From positions 57,152 to 121,151 of the forward strand of contig DATLFD010000100.1 of the NCBI GenBank assembly GCA_035524935.1: a DNA stretch of 64,000 nucleotides. The letters run 5' to 3'. The notes below the pieces were generated by a model that saw only the letters and a program-made list of their open reading frames with translations, made no database searches and was not told the DNA's origin. This document shows, piece after piece, positions 9,337-18,439 of this stretch. This stretch comes from Gammaproteobacteria bacterium (lineage in GTDB: Bacteria; Pseudomonadota; Gammaproteobacteria; Steroidobacterales; JACDCP01). Position 1 is the stretch's first letter; each line of letters starts with the position of its first letter. The translations under genes and the position numbers were made by a program.

Positions 9337-10801
9337 ATGAGCACGACCTGCGGGCCCCCCGGCGCCGAAGAGACCCTCGACCCGGCCGACTGGGATGCTT
9401 TCCGCCGCTTCGCGCACGGCGCGCTGGACGACACCCTCGATTATCTCGCCACGGTTCGCGAGCGCGCGGCCTGGCAACCGGTCCCGGCCGACATCCGCGA
9501 GCGGCTGCACGCGCCGGCGCCGGTCGAACCGGAGGGGATCGAGGCGGCGTACCGCGACTTCCTCGAATGCGTGCGGCCGTTCCCGACCGGCAATATCCAT
9601 CCGCGCTTCTGGGGCTGGGTGCAGGGCAACGGCACGCCGCTCGGCATGATCGCCGAGCTCCTGGCCGCCGGCATGAACCCGAACGCCGCCGCATTCGAGC
9701 ATGCCGCCGCCTACGTGGAGCTCCAGGTGCTCGGCTGGTTCAAGGCGATCATGGGCTTTCCCGATTCTGCCGGCGGCCTGCTGGTGAGCGGCGGCTCGAT
9801 GGCCAACCTGGTGGGGCTTGCTGCCGCACGCAACAACGTGCCGGGCGTCGATGCGCGCGCCCGCGGCCTGCATGCGCTCGAGCGCCGGCTCGTTCTGTAT
9901 GCTTCATCGGAAACGCACAGCTCCGTGCGCAAGGCGGTCGAGCTGCTCGGGCTCGGCACGGACGCCCTCCGGCTGCTGCAGGTGCGGGACGATTTCCGCG
10001 TCGACCCGGCGGCCGTGGAAGCCGCGATTGCCGCCGATCTGCATCGCGGCCTGCATCCCTTCTGCGTCGTCGCCAACGCCGGCACCGTCAACACGGGCGC
10101 CATCGATCCGCTCGATGCGCTCGCCGATGTCTGCCGCCGGCAGTCGCTGTGGCTGCACGTCGACGGCGCCTTCGGCGCGCTGGCCGCGCTGTCGCCAGCG
10201 CTCAAGCCGCGGCTCGCCGGCATGGATCGCGCGGATTCGCTCGCATTCGACTGCCACAAATGGATGTGCCAGCCCTACGACGTCGCCTGCGCGCTGGTGC
10301 GCTCGGCCGCGCAGCACCGCGCCGCCTTCTCGGTCGTGCCCGATTACCTCGAGAAGCTGCCCGCCGGCCTCGCCTGCGCACCCATTGATTTCTCCGAGTA
10401 CGGCGTGCAGCTATCGCGCTCGTTTCGTGCGCTCAAGCTGTGGCTGTCCATCAAGGCGGAGGGCCTCGGCAAGTTCGGGCGCCTGATCGAGCAGAACGTG
10501 GCGCAGGCGGCGCATCTCACTGCTCGCATCGAGGCGGACTCCTCGCTCGAGCTGCTCGCCCCGGCGCCGCTCAACATAGTCAACTTCCGTTATGCGCCGC
10601 CAGGAATCGCGGCGGAACGGCTGGACGACCTCAATTGCCGCATCCTCATCGAGCTACAGGAGCGCGGCATTGCCGTGCCGTCCTCGACGCGCATCGCCGG
10701 CCGCTTCAGCCTGCGCGTGGCGAACGTTAATCACCGCTCGCGGCGCGAGGACTTCGATCTGCTCGCCGACGAAACAGTGCGGCTCGGCGACCGGCTCGCG
10801 G

Positions 10802-10812
<11 letters not shown>
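9337..10812 (+). CDS. pyridoxal-dependent (group II) amino-acid decarboxylase
   Basis: Start MSTTCGPPG within ORF 9202..10812. Motifs SGGSMANL and DCHKW (PLP lysine). Confidence 0.85.
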
Positions 10813-12043
<1,231 letters not shown>

Positions 12044-12175
12044 GAACGTCTCCCCCGGGGCTCGAAGCGGCCGAGCATAGTGGCCCCGCGCGCCGTCATG
12101 CAAGCCGGAACCGGAAGAGGGCGTTACGGGATAATCGGCTAGAATGCGTTTCTTCACAGCCCGGGAATCCGGTCC

Positions 12176-13171
12176 ATGCGCCGCATCCTCGCCTGCCTCG
12201 GCGTACTCGCGATGACGTCCGCTGCCGGACAGCCCGGAGATGCCGGGCCGAAGATCGCCATCGCCATCCACGGCGGCGCAGGTACGATCTCGCGCGAGGA
12301 ACTGACGCCGGAGCGCGAAGCCGAGTTCCGCGGCAAGCTGACCGAGGCGCTGCGGGCCGGCCACGGCCGACTCGAGGACGGCGCCGGCGCGCTCGACGCC
12401 GTGGTCGCGGCCATCCGCGTGCTCGAAGATTCCCCGCTGTTCAATGCAGGCCGCGGTGCCGTGTTCGCGAGTGACGGCAGCAACGAGCTCGACGCCGCCG
12501 TCATGGACGGCCGGAATCTCGCCGCCGGCGCCGTATCCGGCGTACGCCACGTGGCGCATCCCATCGAACTTGCCCGGCTCGTCATGGAGCGCTCGCCGCA
12601 CGTGATGCTGTACGGTGCCGGCGCCGAGGAGTTCGCGCTCGGCGAGGATATGCCGCTGGTGCCGCAATCGTATTTCTTCACGCAGCACCGCTGGCAGGAG
12701 CTCGAACGCGCGCGCGAACAGGAGCGGCTCGAGCTGGCACCGACCGCCGGCCAGTCCGGCACGGTGGGCGCCGTGGCGCTCGACGCGCGCGGCAATCTCG
12801 CGGCGGGCACTTCGACGGGCGGCCTGACCAACAAGCGCTACGGGCGCATCGGCGATACGCCGGTCATCGGCGCCGGCACCTATGCCGACAACGCGACCTG
12901 CGCGGTGTCTGGGACCGGTCACGGCGAATATTTCATCCGCTCGGTGGTGGGTCACGATATCGCCTCGCTGATGCGATATCGCGGCCTGTCGGTCACCGAG
13001 GCGGCCGACGAGGTGGTGCTCGGCAAGCTCGTCGAGCGCGGCGGCGACGGCGGTGTGATCGCGCTCGACAGCGACGGCAACATCGCCATGGCGCTGAATA
13101 CGCCGGGCATGTATCGCGGCGCCGTGGATACCCGCGGGCGCCTCACCGTCAAGATCTTCGCCGACGAGTAG
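12176..13171 (+). CDS. isoaspartyl peptidase / L-asparaginase (Ntn hydrolase)
   Basis: Signal peptide. IAIHGGAG, autoprocessing site GTVGAVALD, and GTGHGEYF. Confidence 0.9.
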   Translation: MRRILACLGVLAMTSAAGQPGDAGPKIAIAIHGGAGTISREELTPEREAEFRGKLTEALRAGHGRLEDGAGALDAVVAAIRVLEDSPLFNAGRGAVFASDGSNELDAAVMDGRNLAAGAVSGVRHVAHPIELARLVMERSPHVMLYGAGAEEFALGEDMPLVPQSYFFTQHRWQELERAREQERLELAPTAGQSGTVGAVALDARGNLAAGTSTGGLTNKRYGRIGDTPVIGAGTYADNATCAVSGTGHGEYFIRSVVGHDIASLMRYRGLSVTEAADEVVLGKLVERGGDGGVIALDSDGNIAMALNTPGMYRGAVDTRGRLTVKIFADE

Positions 13172-13332
13172 TGGCCTGCAACACAGAAAGCGGAAGTGGG
13201 ATCGCGACGGGATGTCGGCGCGTGGCGCCGGGCCGGAGTGAGGTCGATAGCCGTAGCTATCGGCCGAGTGAAGACCAAGCCAGGCGGCGTCAGGCCGAGC
13301 GAGATACTTTCGATTTTTCTGTTGCAGGCCAC
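13171..13332. mobile_element. MITE-like element with 13-bp terminal inverted repeats flanked by TA/TA
   Basis: GTGGCCTGCAACA (13171-13183) is the exact reverse complement of 13320-13332. TA sits directly outside both ends (13169-70 and 13333-34). The interior holds several short hairpins and has no coding capacity. Confidence 0.4.
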
Positions 13333-13334
13333 TA

Positions 13335-13352
13335 GGCCGAATTCATTCGGCC
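13335..13352. repeat. REP type B palindrome (GGCCGAATTCATTCGGCC)
   Basis: Perfect palindrome. The same motif recurs at 24680, 31776, 54061 and 54131. Confidence 0.8.
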
Positions 13353-13359
13353 GTAATCA

Positions 13360-14082
13360 ATGCCGACGCAAGATCTCCGCATCTGTCTCTGGTCGGGCCC
13401 GCGAAACGTCTCGACCGCGCTCATGTACAGCTTCGCGCAACGCAGCGACACCGCCGTCGTCGACGAGCCCCTGTACGGTCATTACCTGCGCGTGTCCGGC
13501 GCCCGACACCCCGGCCGCGTCGAGGTGCTCGCGTCCATGGACACGGACGGTGACCGCGTCATGCGCCGGCTGAGCGGGGACACCCCGCCGAAACCGGTGC
13601 TGTTCATGAAGCACATGGCCCATCACCTGACGCAGATCGACGACGGATTCCTGGAGCTCACTGCCCACGTGCTGCTGATCCGTGACCCCTGCGACATGCT
13701 GCCCTCGCTGACGCGCCAGCTTCCCGATGCGAAGCTGGACGACACCGGCCTCGAGCGGCAGTGCCGGCTGCTGGCGCAGCTGCGCTCGCTCGGCCAGGCG
13801 CCGCCCGTCACCGATGCGCAACGTCTGCTCGACGACCCGGCACGGATCCTGGAATCGCTGTGCGGCCGCCTCGGACTCGCGTTCGACCCGGCGATGCTGC
13901 ACTGGCCGGCCGGGCCGAAGCCGTATGACGGCGTGTGGGCGCGTCACTGGTACCACAACGTGCACCGATCGACTGGCTTCGAATCCCGCCCGCGGAGCCG
14001 GGATGCATTACCCGGGCGGCTGCTGCCGCTGCTCGCCCAATGCCGCCCGCATTACGACGAGCTGCTCGCGTGCGCGATCTGA
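13360..14082 (+). CDS. sulfotransferase-like P-loop family protein
   Basis: Coherent 240-aa ORF beginning ICLWSGPRNVSTALMYSF. Family assignment is from memory, not from a search. Confidence 0.6.
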   Translation: MPTQDLRICLWSGPRNVSTALMYSFAQRSDTAVVDEPLYGHYLRVSGARHPGRVEVLASMDTDGDRVMRRLSGDTPPKPVLFMKHMAHHLTQIDDGFLELTAHVLLIRDPCDMLPSLTRQLPDAKLDDTGLERQCRLLAQLRSLGQAPPVTDAQRLLDDPARILESLCGRLGLAFDPAMLHWPAGPKPYDGVWARHWYHNVHRSTGFESRPRSRDALPGRLLPLLAQCRPHYDELLACAI

Positions 14083-14149
14083 CACAGTCAGTCACCGCCT
14101 TGCTGCATTTCTTTACGTCGATTCCGGACAATAACCGAGAGCTGACGCA

Positions 14150-15043
14150 ATGAGTGATCCGCGCAATGCCGACATCCTCGTGTGGGTCGGTGACGGTCTG
14201 AAGCCGCGCGCCGAGGCGAAGGTTTCCGTATTCGACAGCGCCGTGCAGGGCGGAGACGCAGTGTGGGAAGGCCTGCGCGTTTACGACGGACGCATCGCCG
14301 AGCTGAATGCCCATCTCGACCGGCTGTTCGACTCGGCGCGCGCGCTCGCCTTCGGGGCGATACCGACACGCGATGCCGTCCGATCGGCGATATTCCGCAC
14401 CCTCGAGGCCAACGGCATGCGCGACGCGGTGCACATCCGCCTGACGCTCACGCGCGGCGAGAAAGTGACCTCCGGCATGAATCCGCGCAACAACCGCTCA
14501 GGGCCCTGCCTGGTCGTGCTCGCGGAATGGAAGCCGCCGGTCTACGGCTCGAGAACACTGCGATTGATCACCTCGTCGGTGCGCCGCAACAGCCCGCAGT
14601 GCCTGGATTCGAAAATCCACCACAACAATCTGCTGAACAATATCCTCGCCTGCATCGAAGCCAATGCGGCGGGCGCCGACGGCGCGCTCATGCTCGACCT
14701 GAATGGTTTCGTCGCCGAAACCAACGACACGAACGTTTTCCTGGTCAAGCGCGGCCGGCTGGCGACGCCGACCGCCGACAGCTGCCTGCCGGGCATCACC
14801 CGGCGCCTGGTCATCGACATCGCGCGTGCAGAGTCGATGGCGATCGAAGAACGCAACCTTTCGCTGACGGAGATTTATACGGCCGACGAGCTGTTCACGA
14901 GCGGCACGATGGGCGAGCTGGCGCCGGTCGGCGAGGTCGATGGGAGGAAGATCGGGGGCGATGCGCCGGCAGAAGTGACGCGGCGCCTGCAGAATCTCTA
15001 CAGGCGCCGCGCGCACGAGCGCGGGGAGCCGCTGCCGTTCTGA
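14150..15043 (+). CDS. class IV aminotransferase (branched-chain / D-amino-acid aminotransferase family)
   Basis: Fold-type IV motifs: FVAETNDTNVF, LPGITRR, and GTMGEL near the C-terminus. Confidence 0.85.
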   Translation: MSDPRNADILVWVGDGLKPRAEAKVSVFDSAVQGGDAVWEGLRVYDGRIAELNAHLDRLFDSARALAFGAIPTRDAVRSAIFRTLEANGMRDAVHIRLTLTRGEKVTSGMNPRNNRSGPCLVVLAEWKPPVYGSRTLRLITSSVRRNSPQCLDSKIHHNNLLNNILACIEANAAGADGALMLDLNGFVAETNDTNVFLVKRGRLATPTADSCLPGITRRLVIDIARAESMAIEERNLSLTEIYTADELFTSGTMGELAPVGEVDGRKIGGDAPAEVTRRLQNLYRRRAHERGEPLPF

Positions 15044-15058
15044 GGCCGTCGCCGCCGG

Positions 15059-15385
15059 CTAGTTGCCTTTGGGGCTGGGGCTGTTGCGGTGCATTTCTTC
15101 CATGATTCTCTTCCCGTCCTCGTGCTCGCGCTGGCGCTCTGCGGCCGTCGTACAGACGCGCGAAGCGAGCCGGGTGCCGACCGTTTTCTTTCGCACGCAG
15201 GTCACCCGGTCCTGCTCGCGAACCTGCTCGTTGTAGATCGCGAGCTTCTGCTCCTCGGTCATGGCCGCCTTCTCCTCGGCCGTGAACGCCGGCCCGGCCG
15301 CGGCATCCTTAGCGGCCTGCGACGTGCAGCCGGCGCCGGCAACGAGGACGGCGGACAGAAAGACCGCTCGACTCTGTGATCTCAT
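15059..15385 (-). CDS. small lipoprotein, paralog B (108 aa)
   Basis: Lipobox VAGAGC. Shares TAEEKAAMTEE(E/Q)KLAIYNE-VR--DRVTC...RVC and a C-terminal GN with the upstream gene. Confidence 0.65.
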   Translation of the reverse strand: MRSQSRAVFLSAVLVAGAGCTSQAAKDAAAGPAFTAEEKAAMTEEQKLAIYNEQVREQDRVTCVRKKTVGTRLASRVCTTAAERQREHEDGKRIMEEMHRNSPSPKGN

Positions 15386-15421
15386 CTCGACGCTCCGGAA
15401 CCGGCGCGTGCGCCGTGCGTC

Positions 15422-15754
15422 TCAGTTGCCGCCCGTCTCGCCAGCCGGCAGCCGGCGGGAGTTGCGCAGTGAATCTTCGGCTGCCTCCCGCTCGACACGG
15501 CGCTGTTCGGCGGACTTGCAGACGCGCCGGGTCATGTGCGAGCCGGTCGATCTCTGCGCGGTACAGGTCACCCGATCCTTGTCACGAACGTTCTCGTTGT
15601 AGATCGCCAGCTTCTCTTCCTCCGTCATGGCCGCTTTTTCCTCGGCCGTGTACTTCGGGCCGGACGCGGTGTCCTTCGAGGCCGAAGAAGCGCAACCGGC
15701 GACGGCGGCCAGGGCGGACAATATCAGAGCGGCTCGAAGGGTGGCTTGCATCAT
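15422..15754 (-). CDS. small lipoprotein, paralog A (110 aa)
   Basis: Lipobox AVAGC. AGGAGAAC precedes the ATG. Tandem paralog of 15059..15385. Confidence 0.65.
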   Translation of the reverse strand: MMQATLRAALILSALAAVAGCASSASKDTASGPKYTAEEKAAMTEEEKLAIYNENVRDKDRVTCTAQRSTGSHMTRRVCKSAEQRRVEREAAEDSLRNSRRLPAGETGGN

Positions 15755-15804
15755 GTTCTCCTGAGTGAAACGGTGGGCTTCGGGATTCCGTGCTTCGCCG
15801 CTTC

Positions 15805-15832
15805 ATTATACGAAGTATTTCGTAGAGTACAA
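15805..15832 (-). promoter_or_regulatory. sigma70 promoter with embedded dyad operator (candidate BlaI site) upstream of the lipoprotein pair
   Basis: The minus strand reads TTGTAC, 16 nt, TATAAT. The spacer and -10 contain the dyad TACGAA-ATAC-TTCGTA (15809-15824). Confidence 0.5.
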
Positions 15833-15941
15833 GCCGCAGATTGGGTCAGCGTCGGGAGGGTGCATTGTGCCGGTAGCGCGCGCCGATGTCGCGCGCAACA
15901 GCGCATTTGACTTAACGATCCCCTGGATTTTTCGGCGCCGT

Positions 15942-17960
15942 TCAGCGAACGCCCAGGCCCCGGCCGCTGCCCGCGCGCTGCAGGATCTCCACGTCGCGCT
16001 CGGCCGGGCCGAGTCGCACGTTCCGGCACAGCCGCGAACCCGTCATCGTGACGCAGGGAGGCTCCGCCGGCCGTTCGGCGCTGCCGTCGAGTCGGAACTC
16101 GATGGTGCGTGTCAGGTCCTGCTCCACGACCGTCCCGCCCCTGCGAAACGGCTCGAAACGCCAGTCGTCGACGGTCTTCAGGACCGCACGATCGAATACT
16201 CCGTGCGGCTCGGCCGCGACGATGCGCGGATTCGACACCCGCCCCGTGCCGGTCACGGTGAATTCGACCGTCACGGCGCCTTCGATACCCTTCACGCGCG
16301 CACGGCGCGGGAAGTCGGGCTGGGTGATGATCAGTGGCGTGCCGCCGGTGAGCCGGTCACGGTCGCCCGGTCCAGGCTCAACGGCGGGCTCCCGAAACGC
16401 AGGCTCGCCGATTCCCGGCCGGCTGGCAGCGGTCGTTTCCGATTCGACCCTGGCCAGACGCACTGCTTGCGCCGAAGACCCGGAATCATGCGCAGCCAGG
16501 TCTGCTGCGGATTCGTTCGCCACGGGGCCGGGCTCCGCGGGCTCGAGCGGGGGCGTCGCAGGCTCCCGAGGCGGGGCAACGGTCGATTCCCGAGGCTCCG
16601 GCCGCGGCGGGGCGACAGTCGCCGGCCGAGGCACGTCCATCGGCGGCCGGGCAAGCGCCGCCGGCGTTTCGTGCGTTTGCGGCTGGTCCTGCGCCGGTTC
16701 CGCGGGTTGCGGCGTGCTTACGGGCTCGTCGGGCAGCACCGCGACGCCCGGCGACGCGCTCGCCGTGGACACGGCAACAGGCTGCGGCGACGCCGGTGCC
16801 GTGGCTTCGACCGGTTCGGCGGCAGCAGCCGGCGCGGGCGCCTCGAGCCCCGCGGGCGTGCGAGGCCCGGGCGTCTCGATCGCGGCGGGCTCGGAAGCCG
16901 GCACTTCGATCGCGGCCGGCGAAGTCGGGGCCGGCGGCGGAGCATCGAGGCCGGCCACGGTGAAACGCGTGGCGGTCGTCATGCCGACGCCGGTCGCGAC
17001 GAGCAGGAAGCCGAGCAGCCAATGGGCTGAGCCCCGCTGCGGCGCGGGCAAGGCCACCAGCCGGTTGATCCGGCTGACGAGCTGGCCGCCGTCCGCGGCC
17101 ACGCCCATGTGCGGCGACATGCTGCGCAAGCCCTCCATCTCCGCGAGCGCACGGGCATAGGCGAGCTTCTCGCCGGAGCTCGCCACGACCAGGTCGTCGC
17201 AGCACAGCTCCCGCTCCTCACGGATGCGCGCCGAAATCCACCGCACGACCGGGTGATAGAACAACAGCGTCTCGACGACGATCTGGAACAGGTTGACGGT
17301 ATGATCGAAACGGCGGATGTGCGCGAGCTCGTGCGCCACCAGCAGCTCGAGTTGCTTCGCCGTCAGCCCGAGCAGCGCGGCCGGTGGAATGAGGATCACC
17401 GGCTTGATCCAGCCGACCACCATCGGCACGTGCACGACGGCCGACTCGAGCGCGCGTACCGGACGCCGGATGCCGAAGGCCATCCTGAGGCGCTCGGTGG
17501 TCGCGATCCAGCCCTCCGGCAGCGCGCGCGTGCTCGAATGAACGAGGGTTCGCACCTCTGCCCAGTCGCGTCCCAGCCGCCATGAAAGCAGGGTCACGCC
17601 GGCCAGCCAGGCAACCACCAGCCAGGGCAGCAGGTGCTCGATCGTCTGCAGGGCGCCGGTCCACCATACGGCATCCGTGCCACCGGCGGTGAAGTAGGCG
17701 GGCTGCGCGGCGGAAAGGCCGGCGGCGACCGCGCCCGGCGGATCGAAGAGCTGCCAGAAGGTCACGACCGGCGTCAGCGCCAGCGCGGCCAGGGTGGCCA
17801 CACCGATCGCGTAGCGCAACCGGGCGGAGCTGCGCCCGCAGATTCTCATGAGCAGGGTGAAAATCGAGCCCGCGAGGGCACCCTGCCAGAGAAAGTGCAG
17901 CAGGGTCCAGCCGAGCGTCTCGACTCCGGCATAGCCGAGGGCCTGGGTCGCGGCGCTCAT
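15942..17960 (-). CDS. BlaR1-like M56 peptidase sensor fused to a TonB C-terminal domain
   Basis: N-terminal multi-TM region with the zinc motif HELAHIRRFDH. Long Pro/Ala-rich linker. C-terminal TonB_C-like block (ARVKGIEGAVTVEFTVTGTGRVSNPRIV). Start overlaps the blaI stop. Confidence 0.85.
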   Translation of the reverse strand: MSAATQALGYAGVETLGWTLLHFLWQGALAGSIFTLLMRICGRSSARLRYAIGVATLAALALTPVVTFWQLFDPPGAVAAGLSAAQPAYFTAGGTDAVWWTGALQTIEHLLPWLVVAWLAGVTLLSWRLGRDWAEVRTLVHSSTRALPEGWIATTERLRMAFGIRRPVRALESAVVHVPMVVGWIKPVILIPPAALLGLTAKQLELLVAHELAHIRRFDHTVNLFQIVVETLLFYHPVVRWISARIREERELCCDDLVVASSGEKLAYARALAEMEGLRSMSPHMGVAADGGQLVSRINRLVALPAPQRGSAHWLLGFLLVATGVGMTTATRFTVAGLDAPPPAPTSPAAIEVPASEPAAIETPGPRTPAGLEAPAPAAAAEPVEATAPASPQPVAVSTASASPGVAVLPDEPVSTPQPAEPAQDQPQTHETPAALARPPMDVPRPATVAPPRPEPRESTVAPPREPATPPLEPAEPGPVANESAADLAAHDSGSSAQAVRLARVESETTAASRPGIGEPAFREPAVEPGPGDRDRLTGGTPLIITQPDFPRRARVKGIEGAVTVEFTVTGTGRVSNPRIVAAEPHGVFDRAVLKTVDDWRFEPFRRGGTVVEQDLTRTIEFRLDGSAERPAEPPCVTMTGSRLCRNVRLGPAERDVEILQRAGSGRGLGVR

Positions 17961-18367
17961 GACCGCCCCTCCTCGAGCCGCGCGAGCAGCGCGCGGATCT
18001 GCTCGAGCTCCTCCGCGCTCGCGCGTTTCGAATCGCCGAGTGCCTGCAGCACGAGCTGCGAGCGCGAGCCGTCGAAGGCCTTGTCGATGAGATGGCTCAT
18101 GAGCTGACGCTGGGTCTCGTCCTTGGTCACGCGCGGCGCATAGACGTGCGCGCGCTCGGACTCGTCACGGTCGACGAGTCCCTTGGCATGCATGATCTGC
18201 AGAAATTTGAGCACGGTGGTATAGCCCACCGCATCCTCCTGTAACAGGTGTTCCTGGACCTGTCGTACCGTGCTGGGGCCCAGCTTCCAGAGTGCGCGGA
18301 GAATGCCGAGCTCCGCGGCCGTCGGCCGCGGCAGCCGGGTGTCGGCGGTCTTGTTCTTGAGGCCCAT
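17957..18367 (-). CDS. BlaI/MecI/CopY-family transcriptional repressor
   Basis: Start MGLKNKTAD within ORF 17957..18430. Winged-helix region ELGILRALWKLGPSTVRQVQEHL...GYTTVLKFLQIMHAKGLV. Confidence 0.85.
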   Translation of the reverse strand: MGLKNKTADTRLPRPTAAELGILRALWKLGPSTVRQVQEHLLQEDAVGYTTVLKFLQIMHAKGLVDRDESERAHVYAPRVTKDETQRQLMSHLIDKAFDGSRSQLVLQALGDSKRASAEELEQIRALLARLEEGRS

Positions 18368-18397
18368 GTCGATGGCTCCGCTCACCTGCCGGTGGCC

Positions 18398-18434
18398 GAG
18401 TATACCTTTCACGAACCACTTCGTATACAAGCCG
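18398..18434 (-). promoter_or_regulatory. candidate BlaI operator / promoter region upstream of blaI
   Basis: The minus strand reads GCGGCTTGTA-TACGAA-GTGG-TTCGTG...TATACT. The same GCGGCTTGTA + TACGAA-N4-TTCGT dyad occurs at 15809-15838. Promoter hexamer spacing here is not canonical. Confidence 0.4.
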
Positions 18435-18439
18435 CCCGC

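Noticed and set aside
12044-12955. N-terminal 300-aa extension of track ORF 10802..12955 (717 aa)
   Set aside because: The recognisable M19 dipeptidase starts at the lipoprotein signal MPRKPSLALAAVLLAAC (12043). The extension is antisense to the isoaspartyl peptidase gene and has no features of its own.
13170-13333. The stem-closed, hairpin-rich 164-nt intergenic segment as a riboswitch for the downstream gene
   Set aside because: I could not match cobalamin, TPP, glycine, ZTP or other class signatures on either strand. Exact 13-bp termini flanked by TA/TA, together with a clean reconstructed empty site, fit a MITE better. An Rfam scan would settle it.
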